A stretch of 64,000 nucleotides of DNA from Actinomycetes bacterium. GTDB taxonomy: Bacteria > Actinomycetota > Acidimicrobiia > Acidimicrobiales > Ilumatobacteraceae. A model generated the notes under the pieces. It did no database searches. It was given only the letters and a program-made list of their open reading frames with translations, and was not told the origin of the DNA. The position numbers and the translations under genes were made by a program. The stretch lies in assembly GCA_031398325.1 (NCBI GenBank), contig JANNNB010000054.1, forward strand, positions 1,079 to 65,078. Direction: 5' to 3'. This document shows, piece after piece, positions 19,846 through 29,773 of the stretch. The first letter of the stretch is position 1. Each line of letters opens with the position of its first letter.

Positions 19846-21135
19846 TCAGGCTCGGCGGATGCGCAAAGCGTTGCCGTGGGCCGGGAAACCCTCGTGGTCG
19901 GCAAGGGCCAGTACGGACGGGCTCATCCGGGCGAGGGCGACGGCATCTGCACGCGCGATCGCCGTCCGCTTCAGGAACGCGTGGGCGGTGATGCCCGACG
20001 AGACGTGCGCATAACCGCTCGTGGGCAGGGAGGCGGGACAACCGATGATGAAGTTGGCGGCGGAGAACGGGGTGTCCTGGCCGATCAATATCTCACCGGC
20101 GTTCACCAGCTGGTCGACGACGCGGTCGACCTCGTCGTCGGACACGGCGACCTGCAGGTGCTCGGGTGCGTACTGGTTGGCGACGTCGGTGGCCTCGTCG
20201 AGGTCGGCCGCCAGGATGCATCCGCCGTTCGGGCCGAGGGCCGCGCGTGCGGCTTCGGCGCGCACGGCGGGGAGGTCGACAAGTTGCCGTTCGAGCTCGT
20301 GATCGACCGCATCGGCCAGACGCTCGGACGTCGTGATCAGGACGACCGAGGTGTCGGTTCCGTGCTCGGCTTCGATCAGGAGATCGGCGGCGACTCGGAC
20401 GGCGTCGGCGGTGTCGTCGGCGATCACGATGCTCTCGGTCGGGCCGAGGAGCATCATCGTCGCCGTGCCATGTCGTTGCATCTCGACCTGTGCGAGGGTG
20501 ACGGCCGGTGAACCGGGCCCCACGATCTTTCGGACGCGGGGGATCGACTCCGTGCCGAATCCGAGTGCAGCGATCCCTGCCGGGCCGTTCACTCGGAACA
20601 CATCGGTGATGCCGAGCTTGCGGCACACGACGAGCACGGCCGGGTCGACGTCACCCGAGCTTCCCGGGATCGGCGGGACCACAAGGGTGATCTGGGGAAC
20701 ACCGGCCACCATGGCGGGCACGCCGAGTTGATACGCGACGCTCGGGTAGCTGGCCTTGCCCGACGGTGTGAACAGCCCGACGGAGCTGATGGGGGTGACC
20801 CGCTCACCGACCATCAGACCCGGCTCGCTCTCGATCTGCCAGCTCCCACCGCTCTCCATCTGGGCCCGGTTGAAACGGACGAGATGCTCGATCGCGTCCT
20901 CGATGGCGGCGTCGACCGCGTCGCTGACCGTCGCCGACTCGAGTTCGTCGGCGGTCACGCGGAGTTGGGTCGGTTCCAGATCGATTCCATCGAACCGGCG
21001 GAGGGCATCGCACACGGCGGCATCGCCGCGTTCGCGCACGTCGTCGATGAGGGCGCCGATCGATTCGCGCAATGCCGGATCGAAGATGTCGTCGAGTCCG
21101 CGTCCCAGGAGTGCCGACCTGGCCGCGACATCCAT
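19846..21135 (-). CDS. hisD: Histidinol dehydrogenase (HisD family)
   Basis: IVGPGSPAVTLAQ, LIEAEHGTDTSVVLITTS, NQYAPEHLQVAV, C-terminal ADHEGFPAHGNALRIR. The start is uncertain: ATG at 21135 or 21159, and the track extends to 21231. Confidence 0.8.
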   Translation of the reverse strand: MDVAARSALLGRGLDDIFDPALRESIGALIDDVRERGDAAVCDALRRFDGIDLEPTQLRVTADELESATVSDAVDAAIEDAIEHLVRFNRAQMESGGSWQIESEPGLMVGERVTPISSVGLFTPSGKASYPSVAYQLGVPAMVAGVPQITLVVPPIPGSSGDVDPAVLVVCRKLGITDVFRVNGPAGIAALGFGTESIPRVRKIVGPGSPAVTLAQVEMQRHGTATMMLLGPTESIVIADDTADAVRVAADLLIEAEHGTDTSVVLITTSERLADAVDHELERQLVDLPAVRAEAARAALGPNGGCILAADLDEATDVANQYAPEHLQVAVSDDEVDRVVDQLVNAGEILIGQDTPFSAANFIIGCPASLPTSGYAHVSSGITAHAFLKRTAIARADAVALARMSPSVLALADHEGFPAHGNALRIRRA

Positions 21136-21322
21136 CGTCGCCCATCGCTGCCGGCGCATCACGCTCACCGCAGCGACGCTACTGGCGCAGCGGATCGGCG
21201 CCACGGCGAGTTGGTGCGGGCGCGTCGGCACGCGTCCCGACTCGATCCGCGGCAGCGTTGAGTCCGCTCGTTGAGTAGCATCACGTCACGTTCCAACCAT
21301 CGAATGAAAGCGTGGAGCGTGC

Positions 21323-22597
21323 ATGCCCGTCACCGTCGTCGTCGGAGCCCAATGGGGCGATGAGGGCAAAGCCAAGGTCATCGACCTGCTGTCCAAAGAA
21401 CACACCTATGTGGTGCGGTACCAGGGTGGTCACAACGCCGGGCACACGGTGGTCGTCGACGGCGAGCGCTACGCCTTGCAGCTCATCCCGAGCGGGATCC
21501 TCTACGAGCACGTGATCCCGGTGATCGCCAACGGTGTGGTCGTCGATCTGCCGACGCTGTTCACCGAGGTCGCCGCTCTCGAAGCTCGGGGTGTCTCGTG
21601 TTCGGAGCTGAAGGTCTCGAGCCATGCCCACCTCGTGTTCCCGTGGCACCAGGCGCACGACGCGATCGCCGAGACCGTTCGCGGCGACGACAAGATCGGC
21701 ACCACGCTCAAGGGCATCGGCCCCGCGTACGCCGACAAGGCGAGGCGGGTGGGGATCCGTGCCGGTGACGTGCTCGATCCGGAGCGCTTCGCCGCGCTGC
21801 TGGAGGAGCGAGCGACTGCTGAGAGTGTCCTCATCGAACAGGCCGGCGGCGAGCCGCTCCAGGTCGATGAGGTGGTGGCGCGATTCGTCGAGCTCGGCGC
21901 GAAGCTGGTCCCGTACATCGCCGACACCGTGAGCCTGCTGCACAGTGCGCTGGCGAGCGGCGCGCATCTGCTGCTGGAAGGCGCCCAGGCAACCTTCCTC
22001 GATCTCGATCACGGCACGTATCCGTATGTCACCTCGTCGAACCCGACCGCAGGTGGAGCATGTGTCGGCACGGGGCTGGGGCCGCGTGACATCGGCCGCA
22101 TCGTCGGGATCACCAAGGCCTACACGACCCGTGTCGGTGCTGGTCCGTTCCCGACGGAGCTGCTCGACGACGACGGTGACCGACTGGTCGACATCGGCCG
22201 GGAGTTCGGCACGGTCACGGGCCGGCGCCGCCGGGCGGGCTGGCTCGACTGCGTGATGTTGCGCCATGCAGTCCGGATCAACAGCCTCACCGAGTTGGCG
22301 CTGACGAAGCTCGACATCCTCGACGGCTTCGAGACGATCAAGATCTGCACGGGCTATTGGCTCGACGGCCACGTCCTGGAGAACTACCCCGACCGGTCCG
22401 AACTGCTCGCCCGCGTCGAGCCGATCTACGAGACGATCGACGGGTGGGGCAGCGAGTTGAACGACACCCGCGAGCCGGGCCATCTGCCCGAGCAGGCCCA
22501 GCGGTTCATCGAGGTCGTCGAGCGAGAGGTCGGCGTCCCGGTCCGGGTGGTCGGGGTCGGCGCCGAGCGCGACGACTACCTGGTCTGGGCTTCGTGA
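21323..22597 (+). CDS. purA: Adenylosuccinate synthetase
   Basis: MPVTVVVGAQWGDEGKAKVIDLL, GGHNAGHTV, TTLKGIGPAYADK, GTVTGRRRRAGWLD. Confidence 0.95.
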   Translation: MPVTVVVGAQWGDEGKAKVIDLLSKEHTYVVRYQGGHNAGHTVVVDGERYALQLIPSGILYEHVIPVIANGVVVDLPTLFTEVAALEARGVSCSELKVSSHAHLVFPWHQAHDAIAETVRGDDKIGTTLKGIGPAYADKARRVGIRAGDVLDPERFAALLEERATAESVLIEQAGGEPLQVDEVVARFVELGAKLVPYIADTVSLLHSALASGAHLLLEGAQATFLDLDHGTYPYVTSSNPTAGGACVGTGLGPRDIGRIVGITKAYTTRVGAGPFPTELLDDDGDRLVDIGREFGTVTGRRRRAGWLDCVMLRHAVRINSLTELALTKLDILDGFETIKICTGYWLDGHVLENYPDRSELLARVEPIYETIDGWGSELNDTREPGHLPEQAQRFIEVVEREVGVPVRVVGVGAERDDYLVWAS

Positions 22598-23892
22598 TTC
22601 CCCGATACTCCACGCCGGAGATGGACGCGGTGTGGTCGGACGAATCGCGGTTCGCTCGCTGGCTCGAGGTCGAGCTGCTGGCCACCGAGGGCCATGCGTC
22701 GCTCGGCATCGTCCCGCTGGATGACGCCCTCCGCTGCCGAGACCTCGCGCCGACGGTCGACACGGCGTTCGTCGAGGCGGTGCTCGAGCGTGAAGCGGTG
22801 ACCGATCACGACGTGGCCGCCTTCGTCGACGTCGTGCAGGCCGCGATCGGCCAGCCGGCCGGTTCCTGGATCCACTTCGGACTCACCTCGTCCGACGTCG
22901 TCGACACGGCCCTGTGCTGGGCGATGACCGACGCCGTCGATCTGCTCATCGACGCATCGTCCGACCTGATCACCACGCTCGTGGCGATGGCGAGGAGACA
23001 CCGGGACACGGTGATGATCGGCCGCACCCACGGGGTTCACGCCGAGCCGACCACGTTCGGAGCGAAGGTCGCGCTGTGGGCCAGCCAGGTCGATCGCGAT
23101 CGAACACGGCTACGAGCGGCGCGCGAATCGGTCGCGGTGATGAAGCTGAGCGGCGCGGTCGGGACCTATTCCAACATCCCGCCAGCGGTCGAGGCCCACG
23201 TCGGCGACGCCTTGGGTCTGCGACCGGTTGCGGCCACACAGGTGATCGCCCGCGACCGACATGCGGAGTTCCTCTATGCCTGTGCGTCTGCTTCGGCAAC
23301 GTGTGAGCTGGTGGCCGTCGAACTACGGCACCTGCAACGCACCGAGGTCCGCGAGGTTCAAGAGGGTTTCAAGCCGGGCCAGAAGGGCTCGTCGGCGATG
23401 CCGCACAAGCGCAATCCGATCTCCGCCGAGACGATCTCGGGCCTGGCGCGGGTGGTGCGATCGAATCTGCTGGCCGGGCTGCAGGACGTCGCGCTGTGGC
23501 ACGAACGCGACATCTCGCACTCGTCGGTCGAGCGTGTGATCCTGCCCGACTCGGCGCAGTTGACGTTCTACGTGTTGCGTCGTCTGCGACGCCTCCTCGA
23601 CGGTCTCATCGTGATGCCCGATCGGATGCTCGCCAACCTCGAGGCGAGCCATGGCCTCGTGTTCAGTCAACCGGTGTTGCTCGGTCTCGTCCAGAGCGGG
23701 TTGAGCCGAGATGAGGCGTATCGGATCGTGCAGCGCAACGCGATGAAGTCGTGGGACGAAGGGATCGATTTCCGTTCGCTGCTGGAGGCCGATGCCGACG
23801 TGGACAACAGCGTGCTCGACGACGCGTTCGACCTGCAACGGTCACTCGGGCACCTGGACCGGCTGATGGCAAACCTCGACGCAATCGATTGA
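22594..23892 (+). CDS. purB: Adenylosuccinate lyase
   Basis: VIPRYSTPEMDAVWSDE...; the fumarate-lyase signature GSSAMPHKRNP. GTG at 22594 forms a GTGA overlap with the purA stop; the track extension to 22357 overlaps purA. Confidence 0.9.
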   Translation: MIPRYSTPEMDAVWSDESRFARWLEVELLATEGHASLGIVPLDDALRCRDLAPTVDTAFVEAVLEREAVTDHDVAAFVDVVQAAIGQPAGSWIHFGLTSSDVVDTALCWAMTDAVDLLIDASSDLITTLVAMARRHRDTVMIGRTHGVHAEPTTFGAKVALWASQVDRDRTRLRAARESVAVMKLSGAVGTYSNIPPAVEAHVGDALGLRPVAATQVIARDRHAEFLYACASASATCELVAVELRHLQRTEVREVQEGFKPGQKGSSAMPHKRNPISAETISGLARVVRSNLLAGLQDVALWHERDISHSSVERVILPDSAQLTFYVLRRLRRLLDGLIVMPDRMLANLEASHGLVFSQPVLLGLVQSGLSRDEAYRIVQRNAMKSWDEGIDFRSLLEADADVDNSVLDDAFDLQRSLGHLDRLMANLDAID

Positions 23893-23921
23893 TTGCCGAC
23901 CGTTCGGAGTGTTCGGACGGC

Positions 23922-24338
23922 TCAGTCGGCGCGAGTGATGCCAGCAGACTTCAGCACGCTCGCTGGCACGCCGACGTCGCGCCATGACGAATACGAGATG
24001 GCTTTGCTCTCGCCGTAACTCTTGGCGACGCCGATGAAATCTCGCTCCAAAGCTCCCATGTCGATGGAATTCGACATGGCAGCCCGCTCTGCTTCGAGGT
24101 TCTTGCGTTCCTGGATCAGCAACAATTCGTCGATCGGACTTGCCGCTGCCAACTCTTCGGTGATGGCCGTCAGCCGCTTGCTGATGGTTTCGGGAGTGCG
24201 CTTGCGTCCTCGCTTCGGTTTGGTGGCACGAAGCCCTTCGAGGTAATCCCGGACGATTCTTCCTTCGGCTCGACCCTTGGCCAGCGCCGCTTTGTGCTCG
24301 TCGGTCATGGGACTTTTGGGGCCACGCTTCAATGCCAT
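23922..24338 (-). CDS. Small basic hypothetical protein (AT-hook-like KPKRGRKR segment)
   Basis: A 138-aa ORF convergent with purB. It lies in a locally less GC-rich stretch (for example aatagattcaatatcggtgttcgaattgtc just upstream). I recognise no family. Confidence 0.5.
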   Translation of the reverse strand: MALKRGPKSPMTDEHKAALAKGRAEGRIVRDYLEGLRATKPKRGRKRTPETISKRLTAITEELAAASPIDELLLIQERKNLEAERAAMSNSIDMGALERDFIGVAKSYGESKAISYSSWRDVGVPASVLKSAGITRAD

Positions 24339-24386
24339 AGAGGGATTCTAGGAATCGTTGACGCGAATGCAATAGATTCAATATCG

Positions 24387-25199
24387 GTGTTCGAATTGTC
24401 ATCCCACGGGACTGATGTTTACGTCGGTGCTGGCCCGCAATATCCCTGGGGTGGGCTGTATGGCGGCCAGATCGTCGCGCAGGCCTTGAGGGCCGCAACA
24501 CTGTCGGTCGATACCGATCTGGAACCGCATTCCATTCGGGCGTATTTCATCCGCCGCGGCGACCACAAAGAACCCGTCCGTTACGAAGTCGACCGAATCC
24601 GGAACGGCAATAGCTTCGCCACCCGACGCGTGGTCGCGCGTCAAGCGATCGGTGCGATCCTGAATGCCGAGAGCTCGTTCCAGCGGCCGGAGCGAGGCGA
24701 CAGAGTGCAGACCCAGTCGATGCCGCAGGTACCTGCCCCCGATGAACTCCCCGAGGACTCCTGGAGCAGCTCGTTCGAACGGGCCTTCGTGCCGATCGAG
24801 CAGGTGCACGGAGCATCGCGCTACGACGTAGGACGAGTCGTCGCCTGGATGAAGGTCAGCACGCCCCTCGGTGACCCGTCGGACGCAGCGTCACAACTGC
24901 TGCACCGATGCTGGCTCGCGTACCTCTCGGACGACCTGCCGACCGACTCGGTGCTCCGGGCGCTCCCCTTCGGCGACGACGAGGCAGCCCGCAACGCAGC
25001 CTTCTGTGCGAGCCTCGACCACACGATCTGGTTCCACGGGCGCCTCAGCGCCGATCGGTGGCACCTGTACGACTTCAGCTGCGTCCACTACGTCGGAGGG
25101 CGCGGGTTGTCGATCGGCAGCGTGTTCGCTGCGGACGGCTCCCACGTGGCGACCGTCGCGCAGGAGGTTCTCGTCCGTGATGGTCGCGATCGACGCTGA
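24387..25199 (+). CDS. Acyl-CoA thioesterase II (TesB-like, double hotdog)
   Basis: GGLYGGQIVAQALRAA...IRAYFIRRGD...YEVDRIRNGNSFATRRV...HTIWFH. GTG at 24387 is proposed; the track start at 24294 overlaps the divergent gene. Confidence 0.75.
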   Translation: MFELSSHGTDVYVGAGPQYPWGGLYGGQIVAQALRAATLSVDTDLEPHSIRAYFIRRGDHKEPVRYEVDRIRNGNSFATRRVVARQAIGAILNAESSFQRPERGDRVQTQSMPQVPAPDELPEDSWSSSFERAFVPIEQVHGASRYDVGRVVAWMKVSTPLGDPSDAASQLLHRCWLAYLSDDLPTDSVLRALPFGDDEAARNAAFCASLDHTIWFHGRLSADRWHLYDFSCVHYVGGRGLSIGSVFAADGSHVATVAQEVLVRDGRDRR

Positions 25200-25236
25200 C
25201 CGCCGCGCTCGACCGCCGCGCTGAACCCGGGCAGGG

Positions 25237-25851
25237 GTGCGGGGCAGGGGTACGGTCGCCGTCGTGGCATCGGACGCTGATCTCCCCGTTCTCTCACCGA
25301 CGTTGAGCCGACTTCGAGCGCACGTTCTCGAACACTCGGTCAAGCACGGTGAGTTCACGCTCAAGTCCGGCGCGACGAGTTCATGGTTCCTCGACACGAA
25401 GCAGACGGCGTGTCGAGCTGCCGGCATCATCGCGGTGACCGACGCGCTCATCGAGGTGTTCGGCGACGACTTCGACGGCATCGACGCGATCGGCGGGCTC
25501 ACGATGGGCGCTGATCCCGTCGCATTCGGCGTCGCCGCCGTCGCCGCCACGCGTGGCCATCACCTCCGCAGCTTCAGCGTCCGCAAGGAGGCCAAGCAGG
25601 GCGGGATCACCGGTCGCGTGGCCGGTGCCCTGCAGCCGGGCGACCGGGTCCTCGTCACGGAGGACACCACGACTCGAGGTACTTCGCTGATCGAGGCGGC
25701 GGACCAGATCGCCGCGTTCGGGGCCGTCCCGGTGTGGATGACCGTGATCGTCGATCGCGGTGGCACGTGCGCGGCGATGGCCGCAGAGGCCGGGATCGAC
25801 TACCGGCCGTTGCTCACCGCGCCGGACATCGGCTTCGGCTTCGGCACCTGA
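25237..25851 (+). CDS. pyrE: Orotate phosphoribosyltransferase
   Basis: GEFTLKSGATSSWFLDTK and the PRPP-binding loop VLVTEDTTTRGTSLIEA. The start may be slightly downstream of the GTG at 25237. Confidence 0.85.
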   Translation: MRGRGTVAVVASDADLPVLSPTLSRLRAHVLEHSVKHGEFTLKSGATSSWFLDTKQTACRAAGIIAVTDALIEVFGDDFDGIDAIGGLTMGADPVAFGVAAVAATRGHHLRSFSVRKEAKQGGITGRVAGALQPGDRVLVTEDTTTRGTSLIEAADQIAAFGAVPVWMTVIVDRGGTCAAMAAEAGIDYRPLLTAPDIGFGFGT

Positions 25852-25922
25852 CGACGTCGCACACCTGCGATCTCGGTCGGTCTCGGGCCGGAATGCGGAC
25901 CGGTTCCGACCGAGATCGCTGG

Positions 25923-27347
25923 TCAACCAGCGTCGGGCGGGCGGAGGACGCCGGGGTTGAGGACGCCGGGGTTGAGGGTGTCGTTCGGGTCGAGCGCGAG
26001 CTTGAGCGCGCGTTGGGCGGCGAGGTCGGCTGTCGACCGCACGAGATGGAGCCAACGGGTCTTCGCGATGCCGATGCCGTGCTCGGCCGAGATCGTCCCG
26101 CCGACCGATGCGACGGCCTCGAGCACCGCCTGGGCGATTCGGTCGGTGTCGGTCGCATCGAGGAAGTTGAGGTGCACGTTGCCTTCGGCGAGGTGCCCGA
26201 ACGGGATCAGCCGCGCGCCGTCACGTCGGGCCGCGTCGTGGGCGATGCCGATGATCGTCGCGAGCGAATCGAGTGGAACCGCGACATCCAGTTTGAACGT
26301 CGGCACCCCGACCCGCGCCGCCTCGACGCTGATCGCGTCGGTCACGCGATCGCGAAATTCGAGGAGATCGGCGCGCTGGCGGTGATCGGTCGTGGCAACG
26401 ATCTCGGTCGCCGCGTCGGTGTCGAACTGGTCGGCCAGCTGATCTGAGGGGTCGGCGTGGCCGGCGCATTCGACGACGGCGTACGTGCCGCCTTCCGGCG
26501 CCGCCACCGGTGCTCGGCGGCCGAGGTGCCGTGCCACGAGTTCCATCGCGGCCGGCTCGACGAACTCGACCGAATCGAGTGTGGGAACGTTCCGTCGGAG
26601 CCGCCCGACGAGTGCCACGGCGTCCGGCATCGAGGCAGCGGCGATCATCGCCGTCACGAAGTGTGAGAACTGCGGCACGAGTCGGAGGCGAGCGGTGGTG
26701 ACGATCGCCAAGGTGCCCTCCGACCCGGCGAGCAGGGACGACCAGTGCACACCGACCGTCTCCTTCGGTAGACCCGACAGCGAGCCGACGATGTCGCCGT
26801 TCGCCAGGACGGCTTCGATACCGACGACCTGCGAGCGCATCGTTCCGAACCGGAGGACTCGCGACCCCCCGGCATTCGTCGCGATCGCGCCGCCGATCGT
26901 CGCGACGTCGCGGGCAGCGAAATCGACGGGTGTGTCGAGTCCGGCGGCCCGAGCGTGCGAGCGCCACTCGGCGAGCGTCACGCCGGCGCCGACGGTGACC
27001 TGCATCGCGTTCGTGTCGACTACGTCGAGCTGTCGCAGCCGACCGAGCGACAGCACGATCGACGGTCGGTCGTCGCCGGTGTCACGGTGCCATTCGGTCG
27101 AGCGCGGCACGCCGCCTCCGACCAACCCGCTGTTGCCCGCCTGCGGGACAATGGCCAGCCCCGATCGGTCGCAGAGCGCAGCGACCGAAGCGACCTCGTT
27201 CGTGGACCCCGGACGAACCACGGCCGCAGTCGGGCCGCCGAAGCGACCCGTCCAGTCGATCTCATGGCCGGCGCGCATGTCCGCATCGACGAGCACATGG
27301 TCCGCGCCGACGATGGACCGCAGCTCGTCGATCGGGTTTCCGGCCAT
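25923..27347 (-). CDS. FAD-linked oxidase (GlcD/D-lactate dehydrogenase-like)
   Basis: FAD_binding_4-type N-terminus (VVRPGSTNEVASV...IVPQAGNSGLVGG) and C-terminus (ISAEHGIGIAKTRWL). Confidence 0.85.
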   Translation of the reverse strand: MAGNPIDELRSIVGADHVLVDADMRAGHEIDWTGRFGGPTAAVVRPGSTNEVASVAALCDRSGLAIVPQAGNSGLVGGGVPRSTEWHRDTGDDRPSIVLSLGRLRQLDVVDTNAMQVTVGAGVTLAEWRSHARAAGLDTPVDFAARDVATIGGAIATNAGGSRVLRFGTMRSQVVGIEAVLANGDIVGSLSGLPKETVGVHWSSLLAGSEGTLAIVTTARLRLVPQFSHFVTAMIAAASMPDAVALVGRLRRNVPTLDSVEFVEPAAMELVARHLGRRAPVAAPEGGTYAVVECAGHADPSDQLADQFDTDAATEIVATTDHRQRADLLEFRDRVTDAISVEAARVGVPTFKLDVAVPLDSLATIIGIAHDAARRDGARLIPFGHLAEGNVHLNFLDATDTDRIAQAVLEAVASVGGTISAEHGIGIAKTRWLHLVRSTADLAAQRALKLALDPNDTLNPGVLNPGVLRPPDAG

Positions 27348-27420
27348 GACGGGATCATGGCAGCAGTCGTGTCAGCCCGCCGACAAGCCCTCGATCCGAG
27401 GCCGCCGTTACTGTGCTCGA

Positions 27421-28758
27421 ATGGCGTTGACGACGAACGAGAAGCCGAGAACTTGCATCATCGGGGCCGGGTGCAGCGGCTTCACCATGGCCAAGCGGCT
27501 GAAGGACGTCGGACTGCCTTACGACTGCTTCGAGATGTCCGACGACATCGGCGGCAACTGGTACTTCAACAATCCGAACGGCACCTCGTCGTGCTACCAG
27601 TCGCTGCACATCGACACGTCCAAGTGGCGCCTCGCGTTCGAGGATTACCCGGTGCCGCGTGAATGGCCCGACTTCCCGCACCACGCGCAGCTGCTGCAGT
27701 ACTTCAACGACTACGTCGACCACTTCGGTCTCCGGGAGACGATCACGTTCAACACGGCGGTCACGAACTGCGAACCGCTGCCCGGCCAGCGGTGGGCGGT
27801 CACGCTGTCGACCGGTGAGACCCGTGAGTACGACGCGCTCGTGGTGGCCAACGGGCACCACTGGGACGCGCGCACGCCCACGTATCCGGGCACGTTCGAC
27901 GGTTACCAGGTCCATTCGCACCACTACCGCGACCCGTTCAGCCCCTACGACTTCCGCGGCAAGTCGGTGATGGTCGTCGGCGCCGGCAACTCGGCGATGG
28001 ACATCTCGTCGGAGCTGTCGCAGCGGCCCATCGCCGACAAGCTGTTCATCTCGATGCGCCGGGGGGTGTGGGTGCTGCCAAAGTACATCGACGGCAAGCC
28101 GGCCGACAAGGCCTCGCTGCCGCAGTGGATGCCGACCAGGGTCGGTCGAGCGCTGGCCCGGCGCAAGATCATCAAGACGATCGGCCACATGGAGGACTAC
28201 GGCCTGCCGAAGCCCGACCACCGGCCGCTCGATGCCCACCCGTCGGTTTCGGGGGAGTTTCTGACACGGGTGGGGTGCGGAGACATCACTCCCAAGGGCG
28301 GGCTCGACCGGCTCGACGGCGATGGTGTGATCTTCGACGATGGCTCTCGCGAACAGATCGACGCCATCGTGTGGGCAACGGGGTACAACGTCACGTTCCC
28401 GTTCCTCGCGATCGACGAACTGACGCCGAAGGACAACACGTTCCCGCTGTACAAGCGGATGGTGAAGCCGGGTTTCGAGACGCTGTTCTTCCTCGGACTC
28501 GCCCAGCCGCTGCCGACACTGGTGAACTTCGCCGAGCAGCAGTCGAAGCTCGTCGCCGCGGCCATCGACGGTCGCTACGTGTTCCCCGATGCGACCACGA
28601 TGGCGCAGGTGACGAAAGAGGACGAGGAGGAGCACCTCGGACACTTCTACGACAGCCCTCGGCATCGCATGCAGGTGGACTTCAACACCTACGTCGCCGA
28701 TCTGGCGAGGGAAGTCGCGGCCGGCGCCGATCGGGCCGCTGCACACGTCGCCTCCTGA
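27421..28758 (+). CDS. Flavin-containing monooxygenase (FMO/BVMO-like, class B)
   Basis: FAD site CIIGAGCSGF, the FMO-like DIGGNWYF, NADPH site VMVVGAGNSAMD, and WATGY. ATG at 27421; the long track extension upstream is antisense to the FAD oxidase gene. Confidence 0.85.
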   Translation: MALTTNEKPRTCIIGAGCSGFTMAKRLKDVGLPYDCFEMSDDIGGNWYFNNPNGTSSCYQSLHIDTSKWRLAFEDYPVPREWPDFPHHAQLLQYFNDYVDHFGLRETITFNTAVTNCEPLPGQRWAVTLSTGETREYDALVVANGHHWDARTPTYPGTFDGYQVHSHHYRDPFSPYDFRGKSVMVVGAGNSAMDISSELSQRPIADKLFISMRRGVWVLPKYIDGKPADKASLPQWMPTRVGRALARRKIIKTIGHMEDYGLPKPDHRPLDAHPSVSGEFLTRVGCGDITPKGGLDRLDGDGVIFDDGSREQIDAIVWATGYNVTFPFLAIDELTPKDNTFPLYKRMVKPGFETLFFLGLAQPLPTLVNFAEQQSKLVAAAIDGRYVFPDATTMAQVTKEDEEEHLGHFYDSPRHRMQVDFNTYVADLAREVAAGADRAAAHVAS

Positions 28759-28785
28759 CCCACGGGTGGGGATGCGACGGAGGAG

Positions 28786-28861
28786 TGGTGGTCGTGACCG
28801 GCGTCGATCCGGTGACCTTCCGCTTTTCAGGCGGACGCTCTGCCGACTGAGCTACACGACC
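28786..28861 (-). tRNA. tRNA-Phe (GAA), CCA encoded
   Basis: The minus strand reads GGTCGTGTAGCTCAGTCGGCAGAGCGTCCGCCTGAAAAGCGGAAGGTCACCGGATCGACGCCGGTCACGACCACCA. It folds as a cloverleaf with anticodon loop CTGAAAA. Confidence 0.9.
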
Positions 28862-28957
28862 GTGTTCGGCTTCATGGTGTTCGGTGTTCGTTCGGGATGG
28901 AGCCCGATATTGCAGAACGGCCACCCGTCACGTTCATGACGAGTGGCCACCCTGTTG

Positions 28958-29032
28958 CGGTCCCGACGGGACTTGAACCCGCGACCTCCGGCTTGACAGG
29001 CCGGCGTGAACTCCAGACTTCACCACGGGACC
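28958..29032 (-). tRNA. tRNA-Asp (GTC)
   Basis: The minus strand reads GGTCCCGTGGTGAAGTCTGGAGTTCACGCCGGCCTGTCAAGCCGGAGGTCGCGGGTTCAAGTCCCGTCGGGACCG. Anticodon loop CTGTCAA; all four stems pair. Confidence 0.9.
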
Positions 29033-29094
29033 ATTGCTTGTTTTCTGCTTGTTTTCGGTGTGGCATTCGTGTTCATTCGCATTGCATGTAACCG

Positions 29095-29167
29095 CACCCC
29101 CAACGGGATTCGAACCCGTGCCGCCACCTTGAAAGGGTGGTGTCCTAGGCCACTAGACGATGGGGGC
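29095..29167 (-). tRNA. tRNA-Glu (TTC)
   Basis: The minus strand reads GCCCCCATCGTCTAGTGGCCTAGGACACCACCCTTTCAAGGTGGCGGCACGGGTTCGAATCCCGTTGGGGGTG. Anticodon loop CTTTCAA. Confidence 0.9.
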
Positions 29168-29199
29168 CTGAGGCAATGGCCTCTTCTCGTTGAGAGCGA

Positions 29200-29676
29200 T
29201 CAGAATCTAGCAGGAGGGGTCAGGCAATCCACCGGCCGATCACGAACCTCCCGTGGCACAACCGGTATCAGCATCCCGAAGGGTGCTCCGTTCGTGTCGT
29301 GGTGTACGCGATGAGCGGAAGCCAGGCGGTCGAGGAACGCCGAGTGGCGGCCGTCGAACCACGAGACCCGACGATGGATCCATCCGTCGTGCACGGCGGC
29401 ATAGGCGGCCCCGTAGAGCGTCACGCCGATGCCGGCCGGTACGAGGATCTCGAGACCGTCGAGGTTGAACCCTGCCCAGAGCCCGAGCATCACGATCGCG
29501 GCGAAGACGACGGGGAACCAGTCGTTCAGTTCGAACCGCGAGCCGTTCGGCTGGTGGTGCGAACGGTGCAGCCGCCGGCCGAACCCGTGCATCACGAAGC
29601 GGTGCGTCAACGCCGTGATCGGCTCCATCAGCATGAACGCCACCACGGCGACGAGAAGCGCAACCGGAAGTGTCAC
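29200..29676 (-). CDS. Fatty-acid hydroxylase superfamily membrane protein, beta-carotene hydroxylase (CrtZ)-like
   Basis: Histidine boxes HRFVMH, HRSHH, HDGWIHRR and HRVHH, arranged as in CrtZ. 158 aa with hydrophobic segments. Confidence 0.7.
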   Translation of the reverse strand: MTLPVALLVAVVAFMLMEPITALTHRFVMHGFGRRLHRSHHQPNGSRFELNDWFPVVFAAIVMLGLWAGFNLDGLEILVPAGIGVTLYGAAYAAVHDGWIHRRVSWFDGRHSAFLDRLASAHRVHHDTNGAPFGMLIPVVPREVRDRPVDCLTPPARF

Positions 29677-29773
29677 GACCCCACGCTACCCGTGACCACG
29701 CCGTCCCGAAATTGATGGCGTGCGCACGTTGCGGTAACCGCAACCAACACGATCAGTTTCGGGAATCTTCGGG

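Noticed and set aside
26485-27420. Long N-terminal extensions in the ORF track. Examples: the FMO from 26485, purB from 22357, hemA from 45258, hemD from 47549, the crotonase to 14631, the alpha/beta hydrolases to 31144 and 31923, the SDR to 59233, and the LPLAT-like gene to 58625.
   Set aside because: The extensions overlap neighbouring bona fide genes or are Arg/Pro-rich low-complexity sequence. In-frame internal ATG/GTG starts with Shine-Dalgarno sequences or stop-start overlaps give products of the family-typical length.
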